A DNA stretch of 64,000 nt from Candidatus Iainarchaeum sp. Its GTDB lineage: Archaea > Iainarchaeota > Iainarchaeia > Iainarchaeales > JAAZKV01. The notes under the pieces were generated by a model that was not told the DNA's origin, did not search any database, and saw only the letters and a program-made list of their open reading frames with translations. The DNA lies in contig JAPLVR010000003.1 in NCBI GenBank assembly GCA_026397015.1, positions 1 through 64,000 of the forward strand, given 5' to 3'. The first letter of the stretch is position 1. The number at the start of each line of letters is the position of its first letter. Below, one piece after another: positions 1 through 9,382 of the stretch. Both the position numbers and the translations under genes were made by a program.

Positions 1-177
1 CTGAGAAGACCAAAACAAATCAGACTTACTCTTCACAACACCCGGCGCAGAATCAGAAAAACCAGAAGCCAAAACAACAACAACCAAACCAATAACCACT
101 ATTATCGCCAAAAGAACAACATATTCTATGGTACCCTGCGCCCTAGAAAAAGCACCTGCGGAAGAGAAGCATCGCAT
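1..177 (-). CDS. class III (type IV pilin-like) signal peptide surface protein, N-terminal part; runs off the window start
   Basis: Hand translation from ATG at 177: MRCFSSAGAFSRAQGTIEYVVLLAIIVVIGLVVVVLASGFSDSAPG...; the RA/QGTIEY motif plus hydrophobic helix is an archaeal prepilin cleavage site; TTTTATA box at ~200-207. Confidence 0.85.
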   Translation of the reverse strand, partial: MRCFSSAGAFSRAQGTIEYVVLLAIIVVIGLVVVVLASGFSDSAPGVVKSKSDLFWSSQ

Positions 178-274
178 GCAAATACTATTGTTTTAGTGGT
201 ATAAAAAGCTGCCTTTATTAGGAAAACCAAATTGCTGCCGAAGAAGGACAAAAAAGAGAACGACAAAAAAAGAA

Positions 275-415
275 AACCCTTCGGAAGAGGAGCCGGAGGA
301 TGCTAAAAACCAAAATATCAGGTTCTTTACCATTTACGCTGGTGAGCACTTTACCTCTCGGCCCTCAACAACTTTCGAGTGCCAAAATTCCTTGTTCCAA
401 GAAAACCGGGCACTC
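275..415 (-). ncRNA. candidate structured non-coding RNA of unknown class
   Basis: Several hand-identified helices with G-U pairs that only work on the minus strand; TTTATAAA box at -22..-29; U-tracts immediately downstream. Confidence 0.5.
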
Positions 416-436
416 AATTGCAATAGACTTTTCTTG

Positions 437-444
437 TTTATAAA
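437..444 (-). promoter_or_regulatory. archaeal TATA box for the candidate ncRNA
   Basis: TTTATAAA with an A-rich BRE-like run upstream; spacing to the first helix matches the 5S rRNA promoter. Confidence 0.5.
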
Positions 445-660
445 CATTTTGGTAATTTTTTAACCGCGCAATGTGCTAAGTCAATTGTCTAAAAAAGATT
501 CGCTGATTGTGAAAAGCATGAAAAAACCTGTTTTTTTCAGTTCAAGAATACAAAAAAGCAGGCCATTTGCAAAACGAATTCTGGCGCAGCCTGAATAAGT
601 TGCTTTTCCGCTTGCTTCCCGCCTTGGGAAGCGGCGGAAAAGCCACAAAAAAATAGCGCT

Positions 661-957
661 TTAACCGAATAGGGCTCCAAGCCCGGCTGCTGCTTCTTCT
701 TCTGTTTTTTTCTTGTCTTCTTCGTCGCTCTTTTCCACAACCGGCGCTGTGCCTGCTGCGGCTGGTCCGGCTGCCGGCATTATGGCTGCCTTCGCAATAG
801 CTTCGTCTATGTTTATGTTTTTTATCGAAGCAACCAATGCTTTCACTCTCGCCGAATCGGGCTCGAATTTCGCCGCCTTCATCACAGCCTCAAGATTTTT
901 TTCGTCGATCTCGTGCTTTCCAGAGTGCAACAACATTGCCGCGTATACATATTCCAT
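661..957 (-). CDS. rpl12: 50S ribosomal stalk protein P1/L12
   Basis: [12 protein letters not shown]-terminus and [14 protein letters not shown]-terminus. Confidence 0.97.
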   Translation of the reverse strand: MEYVYAAMLLHSGKHEIDEKNLEAVMKAAKFEPDSARVKALVASIKNINIDEAIAKAAIMPAAGPAAAGTAPVVEKSDEEDKKKTEEEAAAGLGALFG

Positions 958-981
958 TTTTTCACCTCTTAAAAATAAATT

Positions 982-1791
982 TTATTTTACTGATTCCGGC
1001 GTCGCAGCCGAATTTGCCGATGCCGAATCAACAACGCCTTTTATCGCATTTGCTTCCCTCTGCGCTTTCATTACCAATAGCTCAACTGATTCTTCTGTGA
1101 AATATTCGGCATTCACCGCCAAATTTAAGGCGTTCTTGTATGCAACAACAAATTTCTCGAACAATTCTTCCTCATCAACATCAAGAACTGCCGCCCCATA
1201 AAACTCATTTTCCCCTTTGCTCAAAACACCTATAATTTTCATCCCTATCTTCATTGGTTTTATGCTGAGCTTTGAAAGAACATCCGCAGCAGCCAAAGAA
1301 ACTTTTTCCCCTTTTTTTACAACTACTTTGTCTTCGGAAATAGAAATTGTCGGGCCTGCAACTTTTACCTTCAACCCCACACCTTTCAATGTTGCCAATG
1401 CAGGGCCGGGAGGCAATCCGGTGTCTCCCGCCTGAATTATTATTTCTTTATCTGCAATGTCCCCTTCGCGCGCGAAGGCGCTTCCCTTGTTTTTCTTTAC
1501 GAATGAAAAAAGTTCGAAAGGGTTTTTCTTTGAAAAAATAACTGCGACACTTTCCTTTACATAAGGGTCAAGTTTGGAAGTATCAACGCCTGATTCGGCG
1601 AACGCGCGCTGAACAACCCTCGTTTTTGCAACAACTATTACCGCTTCTCCCGCCAGCCTTTTTCTCAAAAGCGAAATAATATTTGCCGGAAGGCTTTCAA
1701 GTGCCGCCACGGCAATAAAAGGATATTCCTTCGCCAACTTTTTTACGAGAGCGAGTTTCTCTTCCTTCCATCTTCTTGCATGAAACGTCAT
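982..1791 (-). CDS. rplP0: 50S ribosomal protein uL10/P0 (short C-terminus)
   Basis: KNPFELF and IQAGDTGLPPGP motifs; between rpl1 and rpl12. Confidence 0.95.
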   Translation of the reverse strand: MTFHARRWKEEKLALVKKLAKEYPFIAVAALESLPANIISLLRKRLAGEAVIVVAKTRVVQRAFAESGVDTSKLDPYVKESVAVIFSKKNPFELFSFVKKNKGSAFAREGDIADKEIIIQAGDTGLPPGPALATLKGVGLKVKVAGPTISISEDKVVVKKGEKVSLAAADVLSKLSIKPMKIGMKIIGVLSKGENEFYGAAVLDVDEEELFEKFVVAYKNALNLAVNAEYFTEESVELLVMKAQREANAIKGVVDSASANSAATPESVK

Positions 1792-2456
1792 CAGAACTCA
1801 CCCATTTTTACCGGCGCGCCCATAGTGAGCTTTACATAAATAGATTTTACATTCTGTTTTTTTTGCGGCAAAGAATTCATCACCGCATCGTAAGAGGCAA
1901 CCATGTTTTCAGCAATTTCCTCGTCCTTCATCTTTTCTTTTCCGACAACAATGTGGACAACTGGCATGAATTTTCCTTTTTTGTTCGTGATTGTTGTCTG
2001 GGCTTTTGTCTTTGCAAGCAATTCCTCAAAATTAGCGGCGGTGGTTATCGGTTTCGGCATTTTTCCCTTCGGCGCAAGCTGCTGGCCCAAATGCTTCGCA
2101 ACAACAAGCATTACCTGGCCTTCCGCAAAAGTGGCATCCGCTTCAGCCAGCTCTGCGACTCCCTTCTTATTTTTCTCCAGAGCGGGAATTTCATTCTCCA
2201 ATATTACTTTGTCAACCTTGCCTTTCAGTGCTTCCGCCAGTTCCTGGCTTTTTGCAAAAACAATTATTTTTCCCGCGCCCTTTCCGGTCGCGTGCGGCAA
2301 AGAAACTTTTACACCTACCTGGTTCTGCGGCTTCTTCATGTCCAAGCCGGTAAAATTTATCATCATTTCAACGGTTTGAAGGAAGTTCCTTTTCGCCGAA
2401 ATTTCGCGCATTTTTTGCAGCGCCCTAATTGCCTCTTCCTTTCTCAACTCGAACAC
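1791..2456 (-). CDS. rpl1: 50S ribosomal protein uL1 (start may be TTG at 2447)
   Basis: KRNFLQTVEM, LGQQLAPKGKMPKP and IYVKLTMG motifs. Confidence 0.96.
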   Translation of the reverse strand: MFELRKEEAIRALQKMREISAKRNFLQTVEMMINFTGLDMKKPQNQVGVKVSLPHATGKGAGKIIVFAKSQELAEALKGKVDKVILENEIPALEKNKKGVAELAEADATFAEGQVMLVVAKHLGQQLAPKGKMPKPITTAANFEELLAKTKAQTTITNKKGKFMPVVHIVVGKEKMKDEEIAENMVASYDAVMNSLPQKKQNVKSIYVKLTMGAPVKMGEF

Positions 2457-2535
2457 CTTCCGCCTAAGCGGTCAAACGGCCTAAAAATAGGCTTCGACTC
2501 AATTAATTCTAATAATTAAACCAAATGAAATGTTT

Positions 2536-2637
2536 TTAAAGGTTGATTTTTAACTTCCAAACAAAACAATACTGGCCATCTGTAGAAGTCAAATTGGTGT
2601 TGCCGAAAGAAGCAGTGCCGGAAAAATATGCTCCGAC
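2536..2637 (-). pseudogene. start-less 3' relic of a beta-propeller (SBBP-like) repeat protein
   Basis: Hand translation VGAYFSGTASFGNTNLTSTDGQYCFVWKLKINL* resembles one SBBP blade (G-Y-F-S-G-T-x-x-F-G-x-x-x-L-T-S...F-V-x-K-L); bounded upstream by a stop. Confidence 0.55.
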
Positions 2638-2653
2638 TGGAAAAAAAACCAGT
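2636..2653 (-). terminator. short hairpin with T8 loop after the LVIVD gene
   Basis: ACTGG-T8-CCAGT just after the stop at 2657. Confidence 0.35.
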
Positions 2654-2656
2654 TAA

Positions 2657-4158
2657 TTACCCCGATTGTGCTTCACCCCAAACATCCTCCGCATAATCAC
2701 CATCATCAATGTGATTGACATCGGTAAAACCAGAACCATCAAAAATATAAGCACGCAAACCACCACTCCCGTTAGCTAGATAAACATAATCACCATCACC
2801 CCAAACATCCTCCGCATGATCACCATCATCAATATGCCCGACATTGGCAAAACTGGAACCGTTAAAAGTATAAGCACGCAAACCATCAACACCATTAGCC
2901 AGATAAATATAAGTGCCGTCACCCCAAACCCCCGACGCCAAACCACCATCATCAATGTTACCTACATTAGTAAAACTAGAACCGTTGAAAGTATAAGCAC
3001 GCAAACCGTCAGAATAATTGGCTGAATAGATATACGTGCCATCACCCCAAACACCAGACGCATAACCACCACCATCAATATGCCCAACATTGGCAAAACT
3101 GGAACCGTTAAAAGTATAAGCACGCAAACCACCACTCCCGTTAGCTAGATAAACATAATCACCATCACCCCAAACACCATACGCATAATCACCATCATCA
3201 ATGTGATTGACATCGGTAAAACCAGAACCATCAAAAATATAAGCACGCAAACCATCAGTGTAATTGGCTAAATAGATATACGTGCCATCACCCCAAACAT
3301 TCATTGCACCAAACTCCACCTCATCAGTATGACCAACATTGGCAAAACTGGAACCGTCAAAAATATAAGCTTGCAAGCCAATGATAGGACCTTCGGTAGA
3401 TGAAGCTAAATAAACATATGTATCATCACCCCAAACACCAACCGCACAACCATAACCATCATCAATATGACCGACATCGGTAAAACCAGAACCATCAAAA
3501 ATATAAGCACGCAAACCATCAGTACAATTAGCTAGATAAACATATGATGGACAAGCTGGGCTCCTGTCACAATCAGAATCATCGCAATCTATGTCGCCGT
3601 CACAATCATCATCAACCTCATTGCCACAAACCTCATCAACGCCGGGATTTATGTCAAAATCAGAATCATTACAATCACCTGAAATGCCACTTGAAATATA
3701 CCCGCCCGGAAGCGCCGCGCCGGAACACACCTGCTGCAACACTCCTTCATAATACCCGTCCGAATCAAAATCTTTGTAGCCGGACAACAATTGCCAAACA
3801 CTTGCATTCCCGTCATCGCAATCACCGTGCCCCAAAAAACTAGACTCTCCGCTACACCCGCTCAAATCCAAATAATAATGGTCCCCATCACTATCAACAC
3901 AACCAGGAACATCAGGCGTACAATTGACAACAAACTCGGAGGGGCCGACAGTATGCTGGATACCATACTTATCCTTGTAAGTAATCTTCACAGAATAAGT
4001 CCGCGAACCACCAACACAACCAGACAAATCGGAAACTATAATCGTTCTATCATCGCCTCCGGAAATACTGGCGGAATCGAAATTCAAATCCACACCATCA
4101 ACATTAATCCCAGTAACAGTAACATTCTCAAACGCGCCCTGGCAAATAATTGTGACAT
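2657..4158 (-). pseudogene. pilin-signal surface protein with Asp/Cys-rich metal-binding repeats and a 7-repeat LVIVD-like beta-propeller; 5' deletion/frameshift (residual ORF 2657-4093)
   Basis: 478-aa ORF with DxDGD/DCND motifs and 7 YxYLANxxxGLRAY...VWGDG repeats; no signal peptide; upstream ATG 4158 gives MSQLFARA in another frame, matching FSRA(QG) of the 1-177 paralog. Confidence 0.7.
2675..3546 (-). repeat. seven ~123-bp tandem coding repeats (41-46 aa)
   Basis: Near-identical blocks, e.g. ~2691-2762 = ~3182-3253 and ~2747-2806 = ~3116-3176. Confidence 0.9.
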
Positions 4159-4237
4159 AATAATAACATTCCCAAAGAAGTATTTTAATGTGCCTATGAG
4201 GGGTTCAGCTAATTGGGCTATCAGGGAAAAAAATTGG

Positions 4238-4708
4238 TCACTCAAGAAGATTGTCATATTTCCCTTTTTCAATTTCCTTTATTGCGTCAGCCGCGCGCAT
4301 CCCTTCAACCGTTATTCCCATTGAGTCGCAGCTGCCGGCAACTTCCTTTACCGCCGATTTCATTTTGTAAGAATTCATTTTTTCCCATTTCATTTCGGCA
4401 ATTTTTTTTAGTTGCGCGATTGTCAAGTTCCCCATTTTATCCGCCTTAGGATTTGCGGCGCCCTTCTGCGCGCCTGCTTCCTTTATTATCAGCGCACTTA
4501 TCGGAGGAGAGCCCACTTCAATTTCAAAGGACTTATCCCTGTTAATAATCACTTTTATCGGAACCTTCATCCCGGTGTAAGCGGCGGTTTTCTCATTTAT
4601 TTTCGCCACCACCTGGCCGATATTTACGCCTGTCGGTCCGAGCGCCGGGCCGAGAGGCGCGCCCGCAGTCGCCTTTCCGCCGTCAACCATTACTTTCAAT
4701 TCACCCAT
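4238..4708 (-). CDS. rpl11: 50S ribosomal protein uL11
   Basis: GGKATAGAPLGPALGPTGVNIG motif. Confidence 0.97.
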   Translation of the reverse strand: MGELKVMVDGGKATAGAPLGPALGPTGVNIGQVVAKINEKTAAYTGMKVPIKVIINRDKSFEIEVGSPPISALIIKEAGAQKGAANPKADKMGNLTIAQLKKIAEMKWEKMNSYKMKSAVKEVAGSCDSMGITVEGMRAADAIKEIEKGKYDNLLE

Positions 4709-4772
4709 CTTTGCTCACCAACAAAAAATTTCATTATTTAATTTTATTATTTCTTTTCAACTTTAAATAATT

Positions 4773-5219
4773 TTAAGAAATTATTTTTATATTTTCTGCC
4801 TTTATCGTAACGGGGATTTTTACAGCCGCTTCAAGCAGTTCAACCGTAACTTCTTCCTTTGCAGGATTAACTCTCAAAACTTTCGCCCGCTCTCCTTTGA
4901 AAGGCCCTGCAATAAGCTCTACCTTTTGGCCGACCTCAATGCTCTTCATCAGGGGTTTGGCTTCGAGGAGCGTTGAAAGCTCTTCGATGTTTACTGCACG
5001 CTTAACAATTCCCGAGCCCTTTACGTGCGGCGTATCCGTTATGCCCCTCCTGACAGTAACTTCATTGTCCGCTTCAATCAGAATGTATCCCTTAATTCCT
5101 GGGATAACTGCAATCGAGTATATGTTCAATTCCTCTTTCGCGATTTTCGCGCCGATTATGTCCACCACCAATTGCTCCTGATTCACTACAGTCCTTACCG
5201 GAAAAATCATTTCAACCAC
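4773..5219 (-). CDS. spt5: transcription elongation factor Spt5/NusG
   Basis: NGN domain plus KOW motif VELIAGPFKGERAKV. Confidence 0.96.
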   Translation of the reverse strand: MVEMIFPVRTVVNQEQLVVDIIGAKIAKEELNIYSIAVIPGIKGYILIEADNEVTVRRGITDTPHVKGSGIVKRAVNIEELSTLLEAKPLMKSIEVGQKVELIAGPFKGERAKVLRVNPAKEEVTVELLEAAVKIPVTIKAENIKIIS

Positions 5220-5273
5220 TTTAACAATTTAAACACAATTCAATTTGGGAATCCTTAAAACCCTATCTTTGCC

Positions 5274-5630
5274 CTAAAACCCGATTCCCGTAATCGAAAA
5301 AATGAGCGTTATAATGTAACCGATTACCCCTATGATGGCGATTCCGAGCGCGACCACCAATGCCATTCTTTTGTATTCATCCATTGTCGGCTTTTTTGAA
5401 ACGATAAAAATCCTTTTGCTGTCGCCTATGAATTTTGAAATCGCGCCGCCGATTTCTCCAATTAAAGATGGTTTTTTGAATCCGGTTGCCCCGCCGAATG
5501 CTCCTGTTTTTTTCTGCTGCGGTTCCTGCCTCCCGTCGGGCTGCCTTTCCTGATGCTGCCCATGTATGGTCGGCGCCTGCGGCTCCTGCTGCTCCGATTG
5601 CTCTTTCTCAATTTGCTGTTTTTCGTCCAT
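5274..5630 (-). CDS. secE: protein translocase subunit SecE/Sec61-gamma with a Q-rich N-terminal extension
   Basis: RIFIVSKKPTMDEY plus TM helix; ftsZ-secE-spt5 synteny. Confidence 0.92.
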   Translation of the reverse strand: MDEKQQIEKEQSEQQEPQAPTIHGQHQERQPDGRQEPQQKKTGAFGGATGFKKPSLIGEIGGAISKFIGDSKRIFIVSKKPTMDEYKRMALVVALGIAIIGVIGYIITLIFSITGIGF

Positions 5631-5698
5631 AAACTCGCCACCAATTGTTTCGATAACTTAATTTTTTGCCGCTCGCACCTGGAAAAACCAAAATTGGT

Positions 5699-6913
5699 TT
5701 ATGTGAATTCTATTCCGAGGTCGATTGCGCCGCCCTTTGATTTTACATCGCCGTCAAGATACGGGAACCTTCCGCCCGCAATTACAACCATTGCGTGAAT
5801 CTTGTTCTTTGGCAGCTTGTCATCAACCATCGCACCCCAAATGATGTGGCTTGAAGCGTCTATTTTTGTTGAAACCGTTTCAACAATCAACTCAGCTTCT
5901 CTTAATGTCATGTCTGCGCCGCCAACAACATTTACAAGCGCCCTATTCGCGCCTGAAATATCCACATCAAGCAGCGGGGATGTTAACGCATTTTCAACCG
6001 CTTCCAATGCGCGGGATTCGGAATTCTCTCCGCCGGAGGATTCTCCAAGTCCTATCATTGCCGCGCCGCCCCTTGAAAGAATTGTTTTCAAATCGGCAAA
6101 ATCAAGATTTATCAGCCCAGGTTTTGTAACCATTTCCGTAATTCCTTTTACCGCGTTTGTTAAAACTTCATCGGCAACTTTGAATGCAGCATTAATCGGC
6201 AAATCCGGGGCGATTTCAAGTATCTTGTCATTCGGTATCACTATTATTGTGTCCGTATATTCTCTCAGTCTCTGCAACCCTTCAAGTGCGTTTTCCATTC
6301 TTTTTTTTCCTTCAACCGTAAAAGGAAGCGTTACCACTCCGATTGTGAGTGATTTCATTCCTTTTGCGACTTCAGCGATTACGGGTGCCGAGCCCGTTCC
6401 GGTTCCTCCGCCCAATCCGCACGTAATGAAAACCAAATCCAAGCCGCCGAGTATTTCCTGCAGTGGTTCCATTGACTCGCGGGCGGCAGCTTCTCCTATT
6501 TGCGGATCGCTTCCTGCACCCAATCCTCTTGTCAATTTTTTTCCAATTAGAATTTTTTTATTCGCTTTCGTCGAAAGCAAATCTTGGGCATCTGTGTTTA
6601 TTGCAAGCGTTACTGCGCCCTCTATTCCGACTTCGGCCATTCTTTCAATCGTGTTACATCCTCCGCCCCCGGTGCCCACAACAAGTATCTTTGCCTGGCT
6701 CTCCGCAAGCATTTTTGCAAGGTCACTGTCTGAGTGCAAAACTTTTTTTCCGCTTGGCTTAAATTTTTTTGTCTTTTCGACGGTCGGTTCCGCGATAATC
6801 ATTCCTTTTTTCTTTTTTCCCTTCCCACTTTTCAGGGCTTTTTGCACGGCAGAAGACTTGCCCTTCGCCTCGGCCTGTGCCCTCTCAATAGCGCTTCTAA
6901 CAATACGGTCCAT
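5699..6913 (-). CDS. ftsZ: cell division protein FtsZ
   Basis: GGGTGTG tubulin signature; NLDFAD. Confidence 0.98.
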   Translation of the reverse strand: MDRIVRSAIERAQAEAKGKSSAVQKALKSGKGKKKKGMIIAEPTVEKTKKFKPSGKKVLHSDSDLAKMLAESQAKILVVGTGGGGCNTIERMAEVGIEGAVTLAINTDAQDLLSTKANKKILIGKKLTRGLGAGSDPQIGEAAARESMEPLQEILGGLDLVFITCGLGGGTGTGSAPVIAEVAKGMKSLTIGVVTLPFTVEGKKRMENALEGLQRLREYTDTIIVIPNDKILEIAPDLPINAAFKVADEVLTNAVKGITEMVTKPGLINLDFADLKTILSRGGAAMIGLGESSGGENSESRALEAVENALTSPLLDVDISGANRALVNVVGGADMTLREAELIVETVSTKIDASSHIIWGAMVDDKLPKNKIHAMVVIAGGRFPYLDGDVKSKGGAIDLGIEFT

Positions 6914-7223
6914 CTATCTTCCCCCCGATTTCCTTATCAGCAAACAATTTGAATAAGAACATTCAAAATATACTTATTCTCAAAGGAAACTTCTTTAAAA
7001 GCTTTTTCAAAAGCAAAAATAGAACAGAAAAAAGCAAATCCGAAGAAAGAACCACAAAAACCCAAAAAAGAACAATAAAAAAGGCATCTTATACATAACC
7101 TTTTCTGTTTCAAAACCCAAAGCCGGAAAGGAAAAGCCTTTATATAAAAAGTTCTTTTATATAAACAATAATTACCAGCTTGCAATAATGCAAATCGGCG
7201 TGGAAAAAAAGCGAAGTGAAAAA

Positions 7224-8159
7224 ATGGGCACAATACAAAAAACAGTGCGCGAAATAAAATCGCTGAAAATTCAGGGCGCCTCCAAAATAGGGGAGAAGGC
7301 GGTCGAGGCGCTTGCCAAAGCAGGCAGCGAAAGCAGCGCAAAAACTGCTGAAGAATTCAGGAAAGAGTTTTTGAAAAATTCAAAACTACTTTTTTATGCA
7401 AGGCCTACGGAGCCGGCGCTGAGGGCGGCAATAAGGATTTTGAGAAAAAGCATTTCGAGGGAAGGGCTTTCTGCCCAGGAAATGAAAACAATTTTGCGCA
7501 AAACCGCTGAAAATTATGAAAAGGAATGGCAAAATTCGCTGGAAAAAATTAAAGAGTACGGCGCGGAACTCATAGAGCCGGGGTCGACAATCCTGACGCT
7601 CTGCCATTCAACCTTGGTGGTTGAGGTGCTGAAAAAGGCAAAGAAAAAAATAAAAGCGGTTTATTGCTGCGAAACGCGGCCGCTGTATCAGGGAAGGATT
7701 ACTGCAAAAGAACTCAGCGATGCGGGAATAAAAGTTTTTTTGATTGCCGACAACGCTGCTTCAACGGTTTTGAAAAAATGCGATTATTTTTTCACGGGCG
7801 CGGATGCGTTTCTCGCCGACGGGGATGTGATAAACAAAATAGGGACAAAACAAATAAGCCTTTTGTGCAAAAATTATTCGACAAAACATTACGTGGTTTG
7901 CACGACAAACAAATTCGAACCCGCAAGCTTTTTCGGCAAGGACGAACCTATAGAGGAGAGGAATCCAAAAGAGGTCTGGGAGAAGGCACCGAAAAAAATA
8001 AAAGTGCTTAACCACGCCTTTGACAGAACGGATTCGCAGCTCATTGAAGGAATCGTTTGCGAGCTCGGAATCTTTCCCCCCGAAGCGCTCGCATCAAAAC
8101 TGTACGACAAGCTGAAGCTTGAAGACTCGCACGAGGATTTTTTGCATTTGGAGAAGTGA
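7224..8159 (+). CDS. ribose-1,5-bisphosphate isomerase (eIF2B-like family)
   Basis: IQGA, RPTEP, TLCHS (catalytic Cys), ETRP, GAD and NKIGT motifs; near AMP phosphorylase. Confidence 0.85.
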   Translation: MGTIQKTVREIKSLKIQGASKIGEKAVEALAKAGSESSAKTAEEFRKEFLKNSKLLFYARPTEPALRAAIRILRKSISREGLSAQEMKTILRKTAENYEKEWQNSLEKIKEYGAELIEPGSTILTLCHSTLVVEVLKKAKKKIKAVYCCETRPLYQGRITAKELSDAGIKVFLIADNAASTVLKKCDYFFTGADAFLADGDVINKIGTKQISLLCKNYSTKHYVVCTTNKFEPASFFGKDEPIEERNPKEVWEKAPKKIKVLNHAFDRTDSQLIEGIVCELGIFPPEALASKLYDKLKLEDSHEDFLHLEK

Positions 8160-8197
8160 AAGCGACCTAATAAAAATAATTTCGAAACACAATTGGA

Positions 8198-9280
8198 ATG
8201 AATTTTATGGATTTGGAAAAGAAAATCGGGCTTGTAAAAGAGGTCGGCGAAGAAATAATTACCGAAGAGGAGTTGCGCGCGCTCCTGGAAAAAAAGAAAA
8301 CCCCAGTTGCGTACGACGGTTTTGAGCCGAGCGGCCAGATTCACATAGCGCAGGGAATAATGCGTGCGGTAAACATAAACAAAATGACAAAAGCAGGTTT
8401 CAAGTTCAAAATACTTGTTGCCGATTGGTTCGCCTGGGCGAACAACAAAATGGGTGGAAATCTCGAAACCATCCAAACAGCCGGCGAATATATGATTGAG
8501 GTTTGGAAAACAACAGGAATGGATTTGGATAATGTCGAGTTTGTCTGGGCAAACGGGTACATGGGGGACAAAAACTATTGGAAAACAGTAATGAACATCG
8601 CGACAAAAAACACCGTCAACAGAATTCTTCGCTGCTCACAGATAATGGGGAGAAACGAGGCGGAAAGCCTGCACGCCTCGCAAATATTGTATCCATGCAT
8701 GCAATGCGCCGACATTTTTTACCTGAAGGCAGATGTGGCGCAGCTCGGAATGGACCAGAGAAAAGTGAATGTCCTTGCAAGGGAAATAGGGGAAAAATTA
8801 GGTTACTGGAAACCGGTCGTAGTTTCGCACCACATGCTTGCAGGGTTGAAAGAAGTTAAAACGGAGGCGCAGGGAGCTGAAAGGAGCATTGAAATGAAAA
8901 TGTCAAAAAGCATTCCGGATTCCGCAATCTTTATGACAGATGGCGAGGAAGAGGTAAAAAGAAAAATTTCAAAGGCATTTTGCCCGGAAAAGGCCGTGCT
9001 GGAGAATCCAATATTAGAGTACAACAAGTATATTATTTTTGAAAAGTTCAAGAAAGTGAAAATCGAAAGGCCCGCAAAATTCGGCGGAGATGTTACCTAC
9101 AATTCCTACACGGAAATGGAAAATGATTTTGCGCAGGGAAAGCTGCATCCGCTGGATTTGAAAAACGCAACCGCTGCCAGCATAAACAAAATTCTTGAAC
9201 CCACAAGGAAGCACTTCGAAAAAAACAAGAAAGCGAAGGAGCTTTATGAAGCGGTCAGGGATGCGGCAATAACCCGATAG
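8198..9280 (+). CDS. tyrS: tyrosyl-tRNA synthetase
   Basis: YDGFEPSG-HIAQ, YPCMQCAD, GMDQRK and KMSKS. Confidence 0.97.
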   Translation: MNFMDLEKKIGLVKEVGEEIITEEELRALLEKKKTPVAYDGFEPSGQIHIAQGIMRAVNINKMTKAGFKFKILVADWFAWANNKMGGNLETIQTAGEYMIEVWKTTGMDLDNVEFVWANGYMGDKNYWKTVMNIATKNTVNRILRCSQIMGRNEAESLHASQILYPCMQCADIFYLKADVAQLGMDQRKVNVLAREIGEKLGYWKPVVVSHHMLAGLKEVKTEAQGAERSIEMKMSKSIPDSAIFMTDGEEEVKRKISKAFCPEKAVLENPILEYNKYIIFEKFKKVKIERPAKFGGDVTYNSYTEMENDFAQGKLHPLDLKNATAASINKILEPTRKHFEKNKKAKELYEAVRDAAITR

Positions 9281-9382
9281 CTCCTGCGCGGGAAAAAATT
9301 AAAGGCTGTTTTGCTTTCCAAAAGTTGCTTTCCAAAAATCATTTTCGTTTTACCTTAAAAAAATTATTCCGCTTTCCAAAAA

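Noticed and set aside
275-415. Identification as RNase P RNA, SRP RNA, tRNA or hammerhead ribozyme
   Set aside because: Only partial echoes (GAGGUAAAGUG, CCGGCU, CUGAUAU); too short, and it lacks the full conserved cores or a cloverleaf. Left unclassified.
2675-3546. CRISPR array or DGR template/variable repeat
   Set aside because: The repeats are in-frame coding blades with no unique spacers; differences are not clearly adenine-restricted; no cas or reverse transcriptase gene is in the window.
4148-4175. dif/Xer recombination site (TTATGTCACAA half-site)
   Set aside because: No matching inverted second arm at 6-bp spacing; better explained as the start region of the broken gene.
4084-4272. 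62-aa ORF as an independent gene
   Set aside because: It overlaps rpl11, and its hydrophobic tail is the out-of-frame read of G/T-rich adhesin sequence after the deletion junction.
5802-6956. 384-aa plus-strand ORF and similar long antisense ORFs throughout the window
   Set aside because: Shadow frames of well-supported genes (here ftsZ) with no motifs of their own.
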